A stretch of DNA of 64,000 bases from Acetofilamentum sp. (GCA_020721805.1 DYMB01000001.1:43261-107260), one strand, 5' to 3'. Positions 1 to 9,804 are shown, counted from the first letter of the stretch. A program made the numbers and translations. The notes: generated by a model not told the origin, from the sequence alone.

Positions 1-725
1 ATGCTTTAGGATTTTTGATAGATAACTTAAATCTTGATACTGTTTTTGAAAAAATGGATACTAATGAGAAACTTTCAAGACTTGAAAATATTCAAGAATT
101 ACTTAATTCGGCAAAAGAATTTGTTCTCAGAAATGAAGATAACTCTATTGATTCATATATGGATATGATATCACTCTATACGGATATGGATGAGTATAAT
201 GATAATGATACTCTTACCCTTATGACAGTTCACAATGCTAAGGGTCTTGAATTCGATACGGTTTTTGTAACCGGTGTGGAGGAAAAACTTTTTCCCCATA
301 TGAATACTCTTGATTACGATCAAAACTGTGAAGAGGAAAGAAGATTGTTTTATGTTGCCTTGACCAGAGCGAAAAAAAATCTCTATATTACCATGGCAAA
401 GCAAAGAAAATTTTATGGAACATCCGATTTCAGGAGACCGTCAAGATTTTTAAAAGAGATCGGTTTTGATTCCCCAAATATCGATCTTATCGATCTTACT
501 ATCAGCAAACAAATCGATTCTGAACTTTTTGACAATGATGATTCGAATGGGGGTGAGTTTAAAGAATTTTTCGATATAAACGATAGGATCGTTCATCCGA
601 TATTCGGAGAAGGTGTTATAAAGGGTAAAAAAGGTTCAGGCAAGGATCAGATTCTGATAATACAATTTCTAAATGGGGAAATAAAAAAGATTTTTTCAGA
701 ATACGCCAACTTAACAAGGAAATAG
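1..725 (+). CDS. UvrD/PcrA-family DNA helicase, C-terminal fragment (5' end lies outside the window)
   Basis: ORF 15..725. Helicase motif VI region reads TVHNAKGLEFDTVFVTG ... RRLFYVALTRAKKNLYIT, which is typical of the UvrD/Rep/PcrA C-terminus. Confidence 0.8.
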   Translation, partial: ALGFLIDNLNLDTVFEKMDTNEKLSRLENIQELLNSAKEFVLRNEDNSIDSYMDMISLYTDMDEYNDNDTLTLMTVHNAKGLEFDTVFVTGVEEKLFPHMNTLDYDQNCEEERRLFYVALTRAKKNLYITMAKQRKFYGTSDFRRPSRFLKEIGFDSPNIDLIDLTISKQIDSELFDNDDSNGGEFKEFFDINDRIVHPIFGEGVIKGKKGSGKDQILIIQFLNGEIKKIFSEYANLTRK

Positions 726-727
726 TT

Positions 728-1018
728 ATGGATAAAGATCTACTTGAGAAAATAGCAAGATTCTCTTTTATAGAGATTGAAGAAGAGGAGAGAGAAATTT
801 TTCTTAAACAGATTGAAAATATTTTGAAGGATGTTGAAAACATTTTGAATAACCTCTCTTTAACGAATGTTGACGATGGATCGTACTATAAAAGATTTAT
901 AACGATTTTTAAAGATGATCTTGTAAAAAGAGAGTATACACCCGATGAAATTCTCTTGAATTCTAAAAATGTAAAAGACGATTATATAGTTTTGCCGAAA
1001 ATTATTAAGGAGAAGTGA
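728..1018 (+). CDS. gatC: Asp/Glu-tRNA(Asn/Gln) amidotransferase subunit C
   Basis: 96 aa acidic coiled protein immediately upstream of gatA and gatB, in the classic gatCAB order. Its stop overlaps the gatA start. Confidence 0.7.
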   Translation: MDKDLLEKIARFSFIEIEEEEREIFLKQIENILKDVENILNNLSLTNVDDGSYYKRFITIFKDDLVKREYTPDEILLNSKNVKDDYIVLPKIIKEK

Positions 1019-2406
1019 TGGATCTTGAGAGTTTGAAAAGATCGTATATTGAAAAAGAGCAGACCCCGACCCAAATGCTTGATGGAATCTATAAGAAAAT
1101 AGAAGATGATGAATTAAACGATTTCATTTTACTTTCAAAAAATTATGCCTATGAACAGGCTTATCTATCCGAGAAAAGATATGAAAAAAAAGATGGGATA
1201 TTGAAACTGGATGGTATCCCCTTTTCCATAAAAGACAATTTTGCCGTAAAAGGTTTAAGGATGACCTGTGGTTCGAAAATGTTATCAGATTTTGTTTCCC
1301 CATACGATTCAACTGTTTACAAAAGATTAAAGGAAGCTGGTGCTGTGCTTATAGGTAAAAACAATATGGATGAGTTTGCAATGGGTTCTTCAAACGAAAC
1401 ATCTTTTTTTGGAATAGTTAAAAATCCATTTGATAAAAGTTATGTTCCCGGAGGTTCAAGTGGAGGTAGCGCCGCCGCTGTCGGAGCCGATCATTCTTTA
1501 TTTTCAATAGGTTCAGATACGGGGGGATCGATAAGACAACCAGCATCCTTTTGTGGAGTTGTTGGGTTTAAACCAACCTATGGAAAGATTTCAAGATACG
1601 GTTTGGTTGCTTTTTCCTCATCACTCGATACCGTTGGGATCATAACAAAAAGTGTAAAAGATTGTAAAGAAGTTTTTGATGTTCTGAGGGGAGATGATGG
1701 GCACGATTCAACCATAGAGGATTTAAAACCTCAAAGAAGAGAGTTGAAAAATATTGGATTTGTGGAAAAATTAGAGCATGTTGATAAAAATGTTTTTAAA
1801 ATTTATATTGATTATTGCTCAAAACTTGAAAAACTTGGATTCAAATTAAAACCTATAGTTTTAGATTTCATTGAAATTTCAATGGCGGCATACAAGATTC
1901 AAACTATGTGTGAAGCGTCATCAAATCTTGCAAGGTTTGATGGTATAAAATATGGTTTACAACATTTTTCGGGAGATGATCTTGAAGGGATGTATGCCAG
2001 GGTTAGAGGGGAAGGTTTTGGGAAAGAGGTTAAAAGAAGAATAATAAGTGGTACCTATTTTCTTATGCATAACGATGGAGAATATTATAACCTGTCGTTT
2101 AAATTGAGAGATTATATAGCTAACAGGATAGATATACTTTTTAAAGATATCGATCTTTTAATACTGCCAACATCCCTATCCTTACCTTTTAAAATGGGAG
2201 AAAAGATAGAGGATCCGCTTATGATGCATCTATCTGATTCTTTAACCGCTTTTGCGAATTTGGCGAATGTTCCAGCTATAAGCATTAATGCTGATTATTT
2301 CAATAGTCTTCCAGTAGGAATTCAATTTGTTGGGAAAAGGAATGATGATGATAATCTTCTTGATTCTTTATCAACGATACAGATGGAGTTAAAAAAAGAT
2401 GAGTAA
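1015..2406 (+). CDS. gatA: Glutamyl-tRNA(Gln) amidotransferase subunit A (amidase signature family)
   Basis: 463 aa. Amidase signature GGSSGGSAAAV ... GSDTGGSIRQPA. Confidence 0.9.
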   Translation: MMDLESLKRSYIEKEQTPTQMLDGIYKKIEDDELNDFILLSKNYAYEQAYLSEKRYEKKDGILKLDGIPFSIKDNFAVKGLRMTCGSKMLSDFVSPYDSTVYKRLKEAGAVLIGKNNMDEFAMGSSNETSFFGIVKNPFDKSYVPGGSSGGSAAAVGADHSLFSIGSDTGGSIRQPASFCGVVGFKPTYGKISRYGLVAFSSSLDTVGIITKSVKDCKEVFDVLRGDDGHDSTIEDLKPQRRELKNIGFVEKLEHVDKNVFKIYIDYCSKLEKLGFKLKPIVLDFIEISMAAYKIQTMCEASSNLARFDGIKYGLQHFSGDDLEGMYARVRGEGFGKEVKRRIISGTYFLMHNDGEYYNLSFKLRDYIANRIDILFKDIDLLILPTSLSLPFKMGEKIEDPLMMHLSDSLTAFANLANVPAISINADYFNSLPVGIQFVGKRNDDDNLLDSLSTIQMELKKDE

Positions 2407-3820
2407 TTTTGTGGTTAACATTGGAGTGGAAACACATATACAGATAAAAACAAAAAGCAAAATATTTTGTGATTGTTCAACAGAGTTTACCGACAAACCC
2501 AATGTTAATGTATGTCCAATATGTATGGGTTTACCGGGAACAATGCCCACTTTGAATTTTGAAGTTATTCCACTTGCCCTAAAAACAGCGATAGCCTTGA
2601 ATTGCATAATAAATAGAATTTCAGGTTTTGCCAGAAAAAATTATTTTTATCCCGATCTACCTAAAGGTTATCAGATAACCCAACATAAATTTCCTCTGGC
2701 TCATTCTGGATACATTATCTTAAAATCTGGGAAAAAGATAAGAATAAGACGGTTACATATTGAAGAGGATACTGGAAAGATGATACATGATCAGGATGAA
2801 AACAGTTTACTTGATTTTAACAGAGCTGGCGTTCCGTTAATGGAAATAGTGACTGAACCTGATTTCAATTCCAAAGAGGAGGTTATCGAGTATCTTGAAA
2901 GGTTACAAAGAATCGTCAGATATCTGGATGTCTCTTCTGCAAACATGGAATCGGGTGAATTTAGAGGTGAACCGAACATATCGATAAGAAAAAAAGAAGA
3001 GGGTCTTCTTGGAGTGAAAACCGAAATAAAGAATCTTAACTCTTTCAAAGCGATAGAAAAAGGTATAACCTTCGAAATAGAAAGACAGAAAATGTTACTT
3101 GATGGTGGTCAAAAAATAGAATCCGTCACAATGCTTTACGATGAAAAAAAACAAACACTAAAACCGATGAGAAAGAAAGAGAGTATATCCGACTATAGAT
3201 ATTTCCCAGAGCCTGATCTTCCCGATATAATTTTAAGTGAAGATCTGATTGAAAAGATTAAAAATACGATACCTGAACTACCAGAAAAAAAGGTTGAAAG
3301 GTTTAAAAGAGAATATAATTTAAACGACGAGGAGAGCGAGATAATTTGTCAGTATAAGGATTATGCTGATTTTTTTGAAAAGAGTATCTTGGGAATAAAG
3401 AATGTTAAAAGACTTACAAATTTTTATATCAGGGAAATGCCTGTGATTTTAAAAGAAAAAAGGATGGGAGTGAAAGATCTTCCTTTTGATAGTGATAAAT
3501 TGAACGCACTTTTTAAAATGGTAGATGAAGAAAAAATAAATTTAAATCTTGCACAGAATATTTTAAAAGAAATCTCTTCAACAGGTGAGCATCCCGATAT
3601 TATATTAAAAAGAGCGTTTGAAAGTGATCTTTCTGAAGATGACCTTAAAAATTTGATAATCCAGGTTTTGGATGAAAATAAAAAAGAAGTTGAACGGTAT
3701 AAAAATGGTGAAGAGAAACTTTTCGGTTTCCTTGTTGGCCAATGTATGAAGAAAACGAAAAATAGATTCAGTCCAGGTAAGGTCAACGAGATTTTAAGAA
3801 ATATTTTAACAAAAAAATAG
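2399..3820 (+). CDS. gatB: Asp/Glu-tRNA amidotransferase subunit B
   Basis: 473 aa. N-terminus IGVETHIQIKTKSKIFCDCS and a C-terminal GatB/YqeY tail. The start overlaps the gatA stop. Confidence 0.9.
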   Translation: MSNFVVNIGVETHIQIKTKSKIFCDCSTEFTDKPNVNVCPICMGLPGTMPTLNFEVIPLALKTAIALNCIINRISGFARKNYFYPDLPKGYQITQHKFPLAHSGYIILKSGKKIRIRRLHIEEDTGKMIHDQDENSLLDFNRAGVPLMEIVTEPDFNSKEEVIEYLERLQRIVRYLDVSSANMESGEFRGEPNISIRKKEEGLLGVKTEIKNLNSFKAIEKGITFEIERQKMLLDGGQKIESVTMLYDEKKQTLKPMRKKESISDYRYFPEPDLPDIILSEDLIEKIKNTIPELPEKKVERFKREYNLNDEESEIICQYKDYADFFEKSILGIKNVKRLTNFYIREMPVILKEKRMGVKDLPFDSDKLNALFKMVDEEKINLNLAQNILKEISSTGEHPDIILKRAFESDLSEDDLKNLIIQVLDENKKEVERYKNGEEKLFGFLVGQCMKKTKNRFSPGKVNEILRNILTKK

Positions 3821-3829
3821 GAGGAAAAA

Positions 3830-5119
3830 ATGTCTCATATAGAAGAAATAAAGGCAAGAGAAATAATAGATTCAAGAGGAAACCCTACGATAGAGGTTGA
3901 TGTTATTCTTGAGAGTGAATGTATCGGTAGATTTTCTGTTCCTTCTGGGGCTTCAACAGGTGAAAGGGAATCACTTGAACTCAGAGATAATGACAAAAAA
4001 AGATTTTTTGGTAAAGGAGTGCTTAAGGCTGTTGAAAATGTGAATACCAAAATAGCTCCGCATATTCTTGGAGAGGATGCGTTCGATCAGATCTCTATAG
4101 ACAAAAGGTTGATAGAACTGGATGGGACAGAAAATAAATCGAATCTTGGTGCGAACGCTATTCTCGGGGTATCTGTAGCGGTAGCAAAGGCCATGGCTTG
4201 TGAACTTGATATTCCATTTTATAGATATCTTGGTGGTTTTTATTCACATATTCTACCTTTACCTATGTCAAATGTTTTAAACGGTGGTGCGCATGCCGAT
4301 AATAATCTTGATATTCAGGAATATATGATCGTTCCCGTAAATGCAACAAAATTCCATGATGCGATAAGGATGAATGCTGAAGTTTTTGCAACCTTGAAAA
4401 AGATTCTAAAAGAGAAAAAATATTTTACAGGTGTAGGGGATGAAGGTGGTTTTGCACCATCTCTTGAATCTAATGAGGATGGTTTGAAATTGCTTGTTGA
4501 TGCTATTTCAAAAGCCGGATATGAACCTGGCAAGGATATTTACATTGCACTTGATTCTGCTGCAAGCAGTTTTTATAAAGATGGAAAGTATATGTTTGAA
4601 GGTAATCCTGTAGAGAGCAATTTTTTGGTGGATCTTTATGAAAAATGGGTAGAGAAATATCCCATAATTTCAATTGAAGATGGTCTCGGGGAAAGAGACT
4701 GGAAGGGATGGGAGAAACTTTTTGCACGTATTGGAAATAGAATACAGATAGTTGGAGATGATATTTTTGTTACCAATGTAAAATTGCTAAAAAAAGGGAT
4801 AGAAGATAAAATTGCAAATTCTATATTGATAAAATTGAATCAGATAGGAACTTTAACTGAAACCGTAAACGCTGTAAGTATGGCTCAAAGAGCGGGATGG
4901 ACCGCTGTTATTTCGCATAGATCGGGAGAAACTGAAGATTGCACAATAGCGGATCTCGCTATAGGATTAAATACCGGTTTTATAAAAACAGGATCACTTT
5001 CAAGGAGTGAAAGGATAGCGAAATATAATCAGATAATAAGAATCGAAGAATCCGATAAGAATGCAAAGTATCCCGGTTTGAAAGCTTTTTACAATCTAAA
5101 TGTTATACAGAAAAAATAG
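3830..5119 (+). CDS. eno: Enolase (phosphopyruvate hydratase)
   Basis: 429 aa. N-terminus [33 protein letters not shown] and the C-terminal [17 protein letters not shown] are canonical enolase. RBS GGAGG sits before the ATG. Confidence 0.95.
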   Translation: MSHIEEIKAREIIDSRGNPTIEVDVILESECIGRFSVPSGASTGERESLELRDNDKKRFFGKGVLKAVENVNTKIAPHILGEDAFDQISIDKRLIELDGTENKSNLGANAILGVSVAVAKAMACELDIPFYRYLGGFYSHILPLPMSNVLNGGAHADNNLDIQEYMIVPVNATKFHDAIRMNAEVFATLKKILKEKKYFTGVGDEGGFAPSLESNEDGLKLLVDAISKAGYEPGKDIYIALDSAASSFYKDGKYMFEGNPVESNFLVDLYEKWVEKYPIISIEDGLGERDWKGWEKLFARIGNRIQIVGDDIFVTNVKLLKKGIEDKIANSILIKLNQIGTLTETVNAVSMAQRAGWTAVISHRSGETEDCTIADLAIGLNTGFIKTGSLSRSERIAKYNQIIRIEESDKNAKYPGLKAFYNLNVIQKK

Positions 5120-5387
5120 AAGATCATTTTTTAAATTTTTTGTTATACTATTTTGTTTATCTTTTATCATTCTTGTCTTTCAACCTCGGGTGGGTTTGAT
5201 CTCACTTTTTAAGGCAAAGATGTTTGAAAGAGAGATAAAATATCTGATAAAGAAAGAAAAGGTTGAGAATATCCTTCTCAAAAGAAAGATATATCTTTTG
5301 AAAAATGATAGTTATTATCTTGAAAAGATTATCAGAGAAAATTTGAATATGATAAAAGATGATGAAAAAATATTAAAGGTGAAATAG
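5100..5387 (+). CDS. Septum formation initiator (FtsB/DivIC-like) small bitopic protein
   Basis: 95 aa with a short basic N-terminus, one TM helix ([15 protein letters not shown]) and a coiled-coil tail. The position directly downstream of eno matches the common eno-ftsB synteny. Confidence 0.45.
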   Translation: MLYRKNRRSFFKFFVILFCLSFIILVFQPRVGLISLFKAKMFEREIKYLIKKEKVENILLKRKIYLLKNDSYYLEKIIRENLNMIKDDEKILKVK

Positions 5388-5388
5388 T

Positions 5389-6699
5389 ATGGAAAAAAAA
5401 GCATGGGTAATATCAGTTGATATGGGTTATGGACATCAAAGGGCTGCATATCCTCTCAGTGATATAGCTTATGAAAAGATAATAACAGCAAATACCGATT
5501 TTGTTACAAACTTTAAGGAAAAATTTTTATGGAGATCCTCTCAATCAGGATATGAGTTTGTTTCAAGAACAAAGGCTATACCAATTATTGGTAATACTAT
5601 TTTTAACGCATATGATAAACTTCAATCGATTTCTCCCTTCTTTCCATTCAACAGTATTGAAAAACCCAACGGTAATGTGTTTTTTTTAAAAACTCTGGTT
5701 AAAATGGGTATTTGTAAAGGGATTCTGAATCAAATAAAAGAGAAAGATTTACCGATAATAACCACACACTTCATACCATCAATCGCTGCCGATTACAATG
5801 GATTTCAAACAATATTTTCCATAATCACCGATACGGATATAAACAGAGTATGGGTGCCTGATGATCCCAAAAGGTCAAATATAAAATATTTGACTCCAAC
5901 AAGACATGCAGCGATGAGATTGTTAAAGTATGGGGTGCCAAAAAGTAACATATTTATAACAGGGTTCCCTTTACCGAAAGAGAATATAGGTGAGAGTCAG
6001 GAAATTTTAAAAGAGGATCTTTTAAAAAGAATCAGAATTCTTGATCCAAATGAAAGATTTTTAAAAGTTTATAAAAATGTTATTGAAAAATATCTTGGGG
6101 AGATTCCCCAAAAAGCTACAAGACCCTTGACTTTATGTTATATGGTTGGTGGTGCCGGTGCTCAAATCGATATTGGAATAAAGATAGTAAAATCTTTAAA
6201 AGAGAAGATAATCAAAGGAAAAATTAAGGTTATACTTGTTGCCGGGATCAGGGAACAAGTAAAAAATTATTTTGAAATGGAACTTCAAAAGATGAAATTG
6301 AATGATTCCGATTTTGTTGAAGTAATCTTTTCCAAAAATAAAACTGAATATTTTAGAAAATTCAACGAATCTTTAAGAAACATAGATATAATTTGGACAA
6401 AACCTTCAGAGTTATCCTTTTATACTGCACTTGGAATCCCTATAATCATCGCTCCTCCAGTTGGTGCCCATGAACATTATAACCAAAGGTGGTTAACACA
6501 TATTGGTTCAGGTTTTTCTCAGGATGAACCTGAATATGTAAACGATTGGTTATATTATGTACTTGAAAGCGGAAGATACGCTGAGGCTGCATGGGATGGT
6601 TATATGAGAGCACCAACGATGGGAACATATAGGATAGAAAAGATAATCAAAGAGGGTATAATAGAGATGTGCAAGGGTGATTTTACCGATCTTAGATAA
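5389..6699 (+). CDS. Putative GT-B glycosyltransferase (MurG/UgtP/MGDG-synthase-like, GT28-type)
   Basis: 436 aa. N-terminal WVISVDMGYGHQRAA (GxGH motif) and C-terminal ALGIPIIIAPPVGAHEHYNQRW, which resembles the GT28 C-terminal donor-binding motif. Confidence 0.4.
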   Translation: MEKKAWVISVDMGYGHQRAAYPLSDIAYEKIITANTDFVTNFKEKFLWRSSQSGYEFVSRTKAIPIIGNTIFNAYDKLQSISPFFPFNSIEKPNGNVFFLKTLVKMGICKGILNQIKEKDLPIITTHFIPSIAADYNGFQTIFSIITDTDINRVWVPDDPKRSNIKYLTPTRHAAMRLLKYGVPKSNIFITGFPLPKENIGESQEILKEDLLKRIRILDPNERFLKVYKNVIEKYLGEIPQKATRPLTLCYMVGGAGAQIDIGIKIVKSLKEKIIKGKIKVILVAGIREQVKNYFEMELQKMKLNDSDFVEVIFSKNKTEYFRKFNESLRNIDIIWTKPSELSFYTALGIPIIIAPPVGAHEHYNQRWLTHIGSGFSQDEPEYVNDWLYYVLESGRYAEAAWDGYMRAPTMGTYRIEKIIKEGIIEMCKGDFTDLR

Positions 6700-6749
6700 G
6701 ATTGATGTTGACCGAAATGAAAAAAATAAATATAATAACTATTTTAAAT

Positions 6750-6823
6750 GGGCGGATAGCTCAGTTGGTGAGAGCGCCTGCCTTACAAGCAGGAGGTCAC
6801 AGGTTCAAATCCTGTTTCGCCCA
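6750..6823 (+). tRNA. tRNA-Val (anticodon TAC)
   Basis: GGGCGGATAGCTCAGTTGGTGAGAGCGCCTGCCTTACAAGCAGGAGGTCACAGGTTCAAATCCTGTTTCGCCCA. 7-bp acceptor stem, D-arm GCTCAGTTGGTGAGAGC, anticodon stem CCTGC/GCAGG with loop CTTACAA, T-arm GGTTCAAATCC. No encoded CCA. Confidence 0.9.
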
Positions 6824-6827
6824 TTTT

Positions 6828-7322
6828 CTTTTATTCTTTTTATCTTTCTTCGCTTTAAATCTTTTTTCAAACGAAATAGAGATCTCTTATTCTAAAAAAA
6901 TCCTCTTCGGCGATTGGTCATATTATTTGAAGGATGGGTATGGTTTAAAATTTGATTATTCTTTTTACAATTATAAAAAATTAAATTCATCTTTTAATTT
7001 TGAACTTTTTTCTATAAAAACCTATAGGGATACATACAGATTAAACTTTTTTAATAGTGGAATAGGTGGTTCTTTTTTGCTTTTTGACAAGCAAAACTAT
7101 AGGTTGAGTTTAAATTTATCAAGTGGGCTCTCTTTTGTTGAAAAGAGAGATGATGATTATACTGAAAGAGGTGCCAATGAATTCATCAACACTTCCATCA
7201 GTTTTTATTATAATATTTTTGATACGATGTTTGGCTTTTCTATGGGTTATTTAAGGGAGAAAATTTTATATGGAAAAGATTCTTTTACTTTTGATTTTAA
7301 TATTCTCTTTATTAAACATTAA
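6828..7322 (+). CDS. Hypothetical secreted/beta-barrel-like protein; start codon unresolved
   Basis: A 206-codon open frame in an AT-rich background argues for coding. The track ORF start at 6702 runs through the tRNA and cannot be real. The product is rich in alternating aromatics (FDYSFYNYKK, FSMGYL), and the hydrophobic LLFFLSFFALNLFS at the N-terminus looks like a signal peptide. There is no in-frame ATG/GTG between the tRNA and 6942; the first TTG is at about 6943. Confidence 0.3.
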   Translation, partial: LLFFLSFFALNLFSNEIEISYSKKILFGDWSYYLKDGYGLKFDYSFYNYKKLNSSFNFELFSIKTYRDTYRLNFFNSGIGGSFLLFDKQNYRLSLNLSSGLSFVEKRDDDYTERGANEFINTSISFYYNIFDTMFGFSMGYLREKILYGKDSFTFDFNILFIKH

Positions 7323-7842
7323 CTGTTTTATTGACTATAACATTTTAAACAGAAGTGGAGGGAGTTTTTTGAACGATGATGTAAAGTATACCATAAGATT
7401 TTATTCTAACGATGTTGGAGAAAATTTTTCGATACAGTATACTTCAGATACAATTATAGATGGTATCAAATATAAAAGATACAATTTCGAAACCATAGAA
7501 AATTTCTTTTATACTTATATGGATTTTGAATACAGGATGCTTAATTTCAACGGTTTTAATTTCAATGTTCCTTTCTTTCCCGTTTATCTTGTAAAAGATC
7601 AAAAAATTTATGAAGAGTATGAGAACGGAGAGTTGAAATACACTTATTTATGTTATGTTGATTCTGTTAAGGATGTTAAGGAAAAATATAAAGATTCTTA
7701 TTTTATTACTTTAAAATTAAATATAAATATTATGGAAAGAGAAACTATTCTATCTGAAAAATATATTCTAAACTTTGATGATGGAATAATCGGTTTTTTA
7801 AGGGATGATAGATATTTTTTACTTGATTCTATTGTTTATTAA
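7270..7842 (+). CDS. Hypothetical lipoprotein
   Basis: 190 aa with signal peptide and lipobox MEKILLLLILIFSLLNINC. No recognisable domain. Confidence 0.45.
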   Translation: MEKILLLLILIFSLLNINCFIDYNILNRSGGSFLNDDVKYTIRFYSNDVGENFSIQYTSDTIIDGIKYKRYNFETIENFFYTYMDFEYRMLNFNGFNFNVPFFPVYLVKDQKIYEEYENGELKYTYLCYVDSVKDVKEKYKDSYFITLKLNINIMERETILSEKYILNFDDGIIGFLRDDRYFLLDSIVY

Positions 7843-8285
7843 AAGTTTTTGCCTATTATTTCACATATTTTTTCAAGATAACTTTTATCTGTCCCAGAGA
7901 AAGCGTTGATACTATGTGAATCTATATCAAGTTCACCTATCAGTTCATTTTTATTGTTGAAGATGGGTATAACGATTTCAGATTTTACCTTTGTTGAACA
8001 GGATAAATAATTTGTTTCCTTCGAAACATCGGAAATAATAAATGTCTTTTTTGTTTTGGCAGCCTGGCCACATATTCCATCTCCGAATTTGATAACGGTA
8101 TGTATTGTTGGTTCGCCTTTAAATAGATCAAGATGTAGTTTTTTATCTTTAACCAGATAAAAACCAACCCAGTCATAATTTTCAAAATTTAAACTTAAAT
8201 TTTCTACAACAAATGTAAAAATTTTTTCTTTCGGAACATTTTTTAACTCTTCAATTATTTTTTGAAATTTTTTTTTCTTTTCCAT
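7839..8285 (-). CDS. msrC: GAF-domain protein, free methionine-(R)-sulfoxide reductase family
   Basis: 148 aa. DWVGFYLV ... FGDGICGQAAKTKKTFIISDV ... IVIPIF ... ELIGELDIDS matches the fRMsr/YebR GAF family, including the conserved Cys. Confidence 0.75.
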   Translation of the reverse strand: MEKKKKFQKIIEELKNVPKEKIFTFVVENLSLNFENYDWVGFYLVKDKKLHLDLFKGEPTIHTVIKFGDGICGQAAKTKKTFIISDVSKETNYLSCSTKVKSEIVIPIFNNKNELIGELDIDSHSINAFSGTDKSYLEKICEIIGKNF

Positions 8286-8498
8286 AAAAATTCTTTTTAT
8301 ATCGATTTTATAAAGAAATTAAGAAAAATCAATAAAAAAGTTATCCACATTATAACCATATTGTAAATTTTATAAAAAATTATAATTTGGTAAATCTTAA
8401 TAATTTTTTCTTATAAAAAGGTTTTGGATAAGTTAACGATAAAAAAAGTTGTCCACATTTTATAAGTTAGAAAAAAATAAAAAAATCTTTTTTTTCTA

Positions 8499-8527
8499 TT
8501 GACAATATCAATAAAATGTGTATAAAT
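8499..8527 (+). promoter_or_regulatory. Sigma70-type promoter for the HTH-pilMNOPQ operon
   Basis: TTGACA (8499-8504), 16-nt spacer, TATAAA(T) (8521-8527). RBS AAGAGGG at 8565-8571 precedes the ATG at 8576. Confidence 0.55.
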
Positions 8528-8575
8528 ATATACAAAAATGTATAAATATAGAAAAAAACACACAAAGAGGGAAAT

Positions 8576-8764
8576 ATGCCTGTAACACCTTCACAGATAG
8601 ATGAGAATAAACTTTATACTGTATCAGAGGTTTCAGAAATATTAAATGTAACAGAGCAAACTGTTAGGAAGCATTTAAAGATGAAACTTTTAAAAGGTAA
8701 GAAGATAGGTAAAAAATGGTATATTGAGGGAAGAGAGATAAAAAAATTTATAGAAGGTTCATAA
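8576..8764 (+). CDS. Small helix-turn-helix DNA-binding protein (excisionase/MerR-like HTH family)
   Basis: 62 aa. LYTVSEVSEILNVTEQTVRKHLKMKLLKGKKIGKKWYIEGREIKKFI matches the excisionase-family HTH signature (...IGrrwripkedleefl). Confidence 0.6.
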   Translation: MPVTPSQIDENKLYTVSEVSEILNVTEQTVRKHLKMKLLKGKKIGKKWYIEGREIKKFIEGS

Positions 8765-8769
8765 AAAAG

Positions 8770-9804
8770 GTGGTTTTTATGGCTTTAAAAAAAAGAAAAA
8801 AAAGTTTGTTGGGTTTGGACATTGGTAGTTCATTTATAAAATATTCAATCGTTGATCTTTCAGGAAATCAACCAATGTTGAAAGATTTTGGTTATTCTGA
8901 ACTTACCGATATCGCCATTGCTGACGGTGAAATAATGGATAGATTACAATTGGTTGACACGGTAAAAAATCTTCTTGTTTCAAGAGATGTAAAAGAAAAG
9001 GATGTATCCTGTGCACTTATAGGTAGAGGTGTGATAGTGAAGAAATTAAAAATGGATCAAATGAAAGAGAATGAACTTGCTTTAATGGTGCGTCAGGAAG
9101 CTGAAACGAATATTCCCTACAGTATAGAGGATGTTCAACTCGATTTTAAAGTTATCGGTCCATCGGATGAACAGGGAAAAGTGGATGTACTTCTTGTTGC
9201 TGCAAAAAAAGAAATTTTACTTCCATTCATTTCGTTGATAAAGGATATGGAATTGAATCCATATATAATAGATGTTCCCGCTTTCACGATACAGAATTGT
9301 TTTGAGATCAACTATGATACTTCTCCAAATGAGATAGTAGCTCTGGTCCATATAGGTTATGAGAATACTATTTTGAGTTTTATTGAGGGAACAAACAACC
9401 TATTCACAAGAGATGTAACAACAGCTATAAAATCTTTACTACAAAAAATCCCTGGCATTACAAAGGATCAACTCGACAAGATTTTTAAAGGGGAAACTAT
9501 ATCAGAAATTTCAGAAGAAAAAATAAAAGAGGGTTTTGATTCGTTCTATGATGAATTGTGTACCCATATTGAAAGAGCCATACCATTTACTAACAAGGAA
9601 AAAATAGATAAACTTTATATTTCAGGTGGTGGAGCAAATGGACCTCAGATTATTGAATTCTTTAAAAACAGGTTTGAGATAAACATTGAAAAACTGGATC
9701 CATTTAAAAAAATAAAAATCAAAGAAGGGTTATTAACACTTGAAGAATTGGATAAAATCTCTCCTCTGATGGTTCCATCTATCGGTTTGAGTTTAAGGTC
9801 TTAA
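8770..9804 (+). CDS. pilM: Type IV pilus assembly protein PilM (actin-like ATPase fold)
   Basis: 344 aa with N-terminus LLGLDIGSSFIKYSIVD. First gene of a pilMNOPQ array. Confidence 0.85.
   Translation: MVFMALKKRKKSLLGLDIGSSFIKYSIVDLSGNQPMLKDFGYSELTDIAIADGEIMDRLQLVDTVKNLLVSRDVKEKDVSCALIGRGVIVKKLKMDQMKENELALMVRQEAETNIPYSIEDVQLDFKVIGPSDEQGKVDVLLVAAKKEILLPFISLIKDMELNPYIIDVPAFTIQNCFEINYDTSPNEIVALVHIGYENTILSFIEGTNNLFTRDVTTAIKSLLQKIPGITKDQLDKIFKGETISEISEEKIKEGFDSFYDELCTHIERAIPFTNKEKIDKLYISGGGANGPQIIEFFKNRFEINIEKLDPFKKIKIKEGLLTLEELDKISPLMVPSIGLSLRS

Noticed and set aside
6677-6895. Track ORFs 6677-6895 and the 5' part of 6702-7322 overlapping the tRNA-Val gene
   Set aside because: They run through a well-formed tRNA (6750-6823), so they are artefactual read-throughs. 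Only the portion downstream of the tRNA is considered potentially coding.
8286-8575. DnaA-box cluster taken as the chromosomal origin (oriC)
   Set aside because: No dnaA or dnaN nearby, and no divergence of gene orientation around it; the surrounding genes are all co-directional. The boxes are more likely regulatory, and the cluster is reported only as a finding to test.
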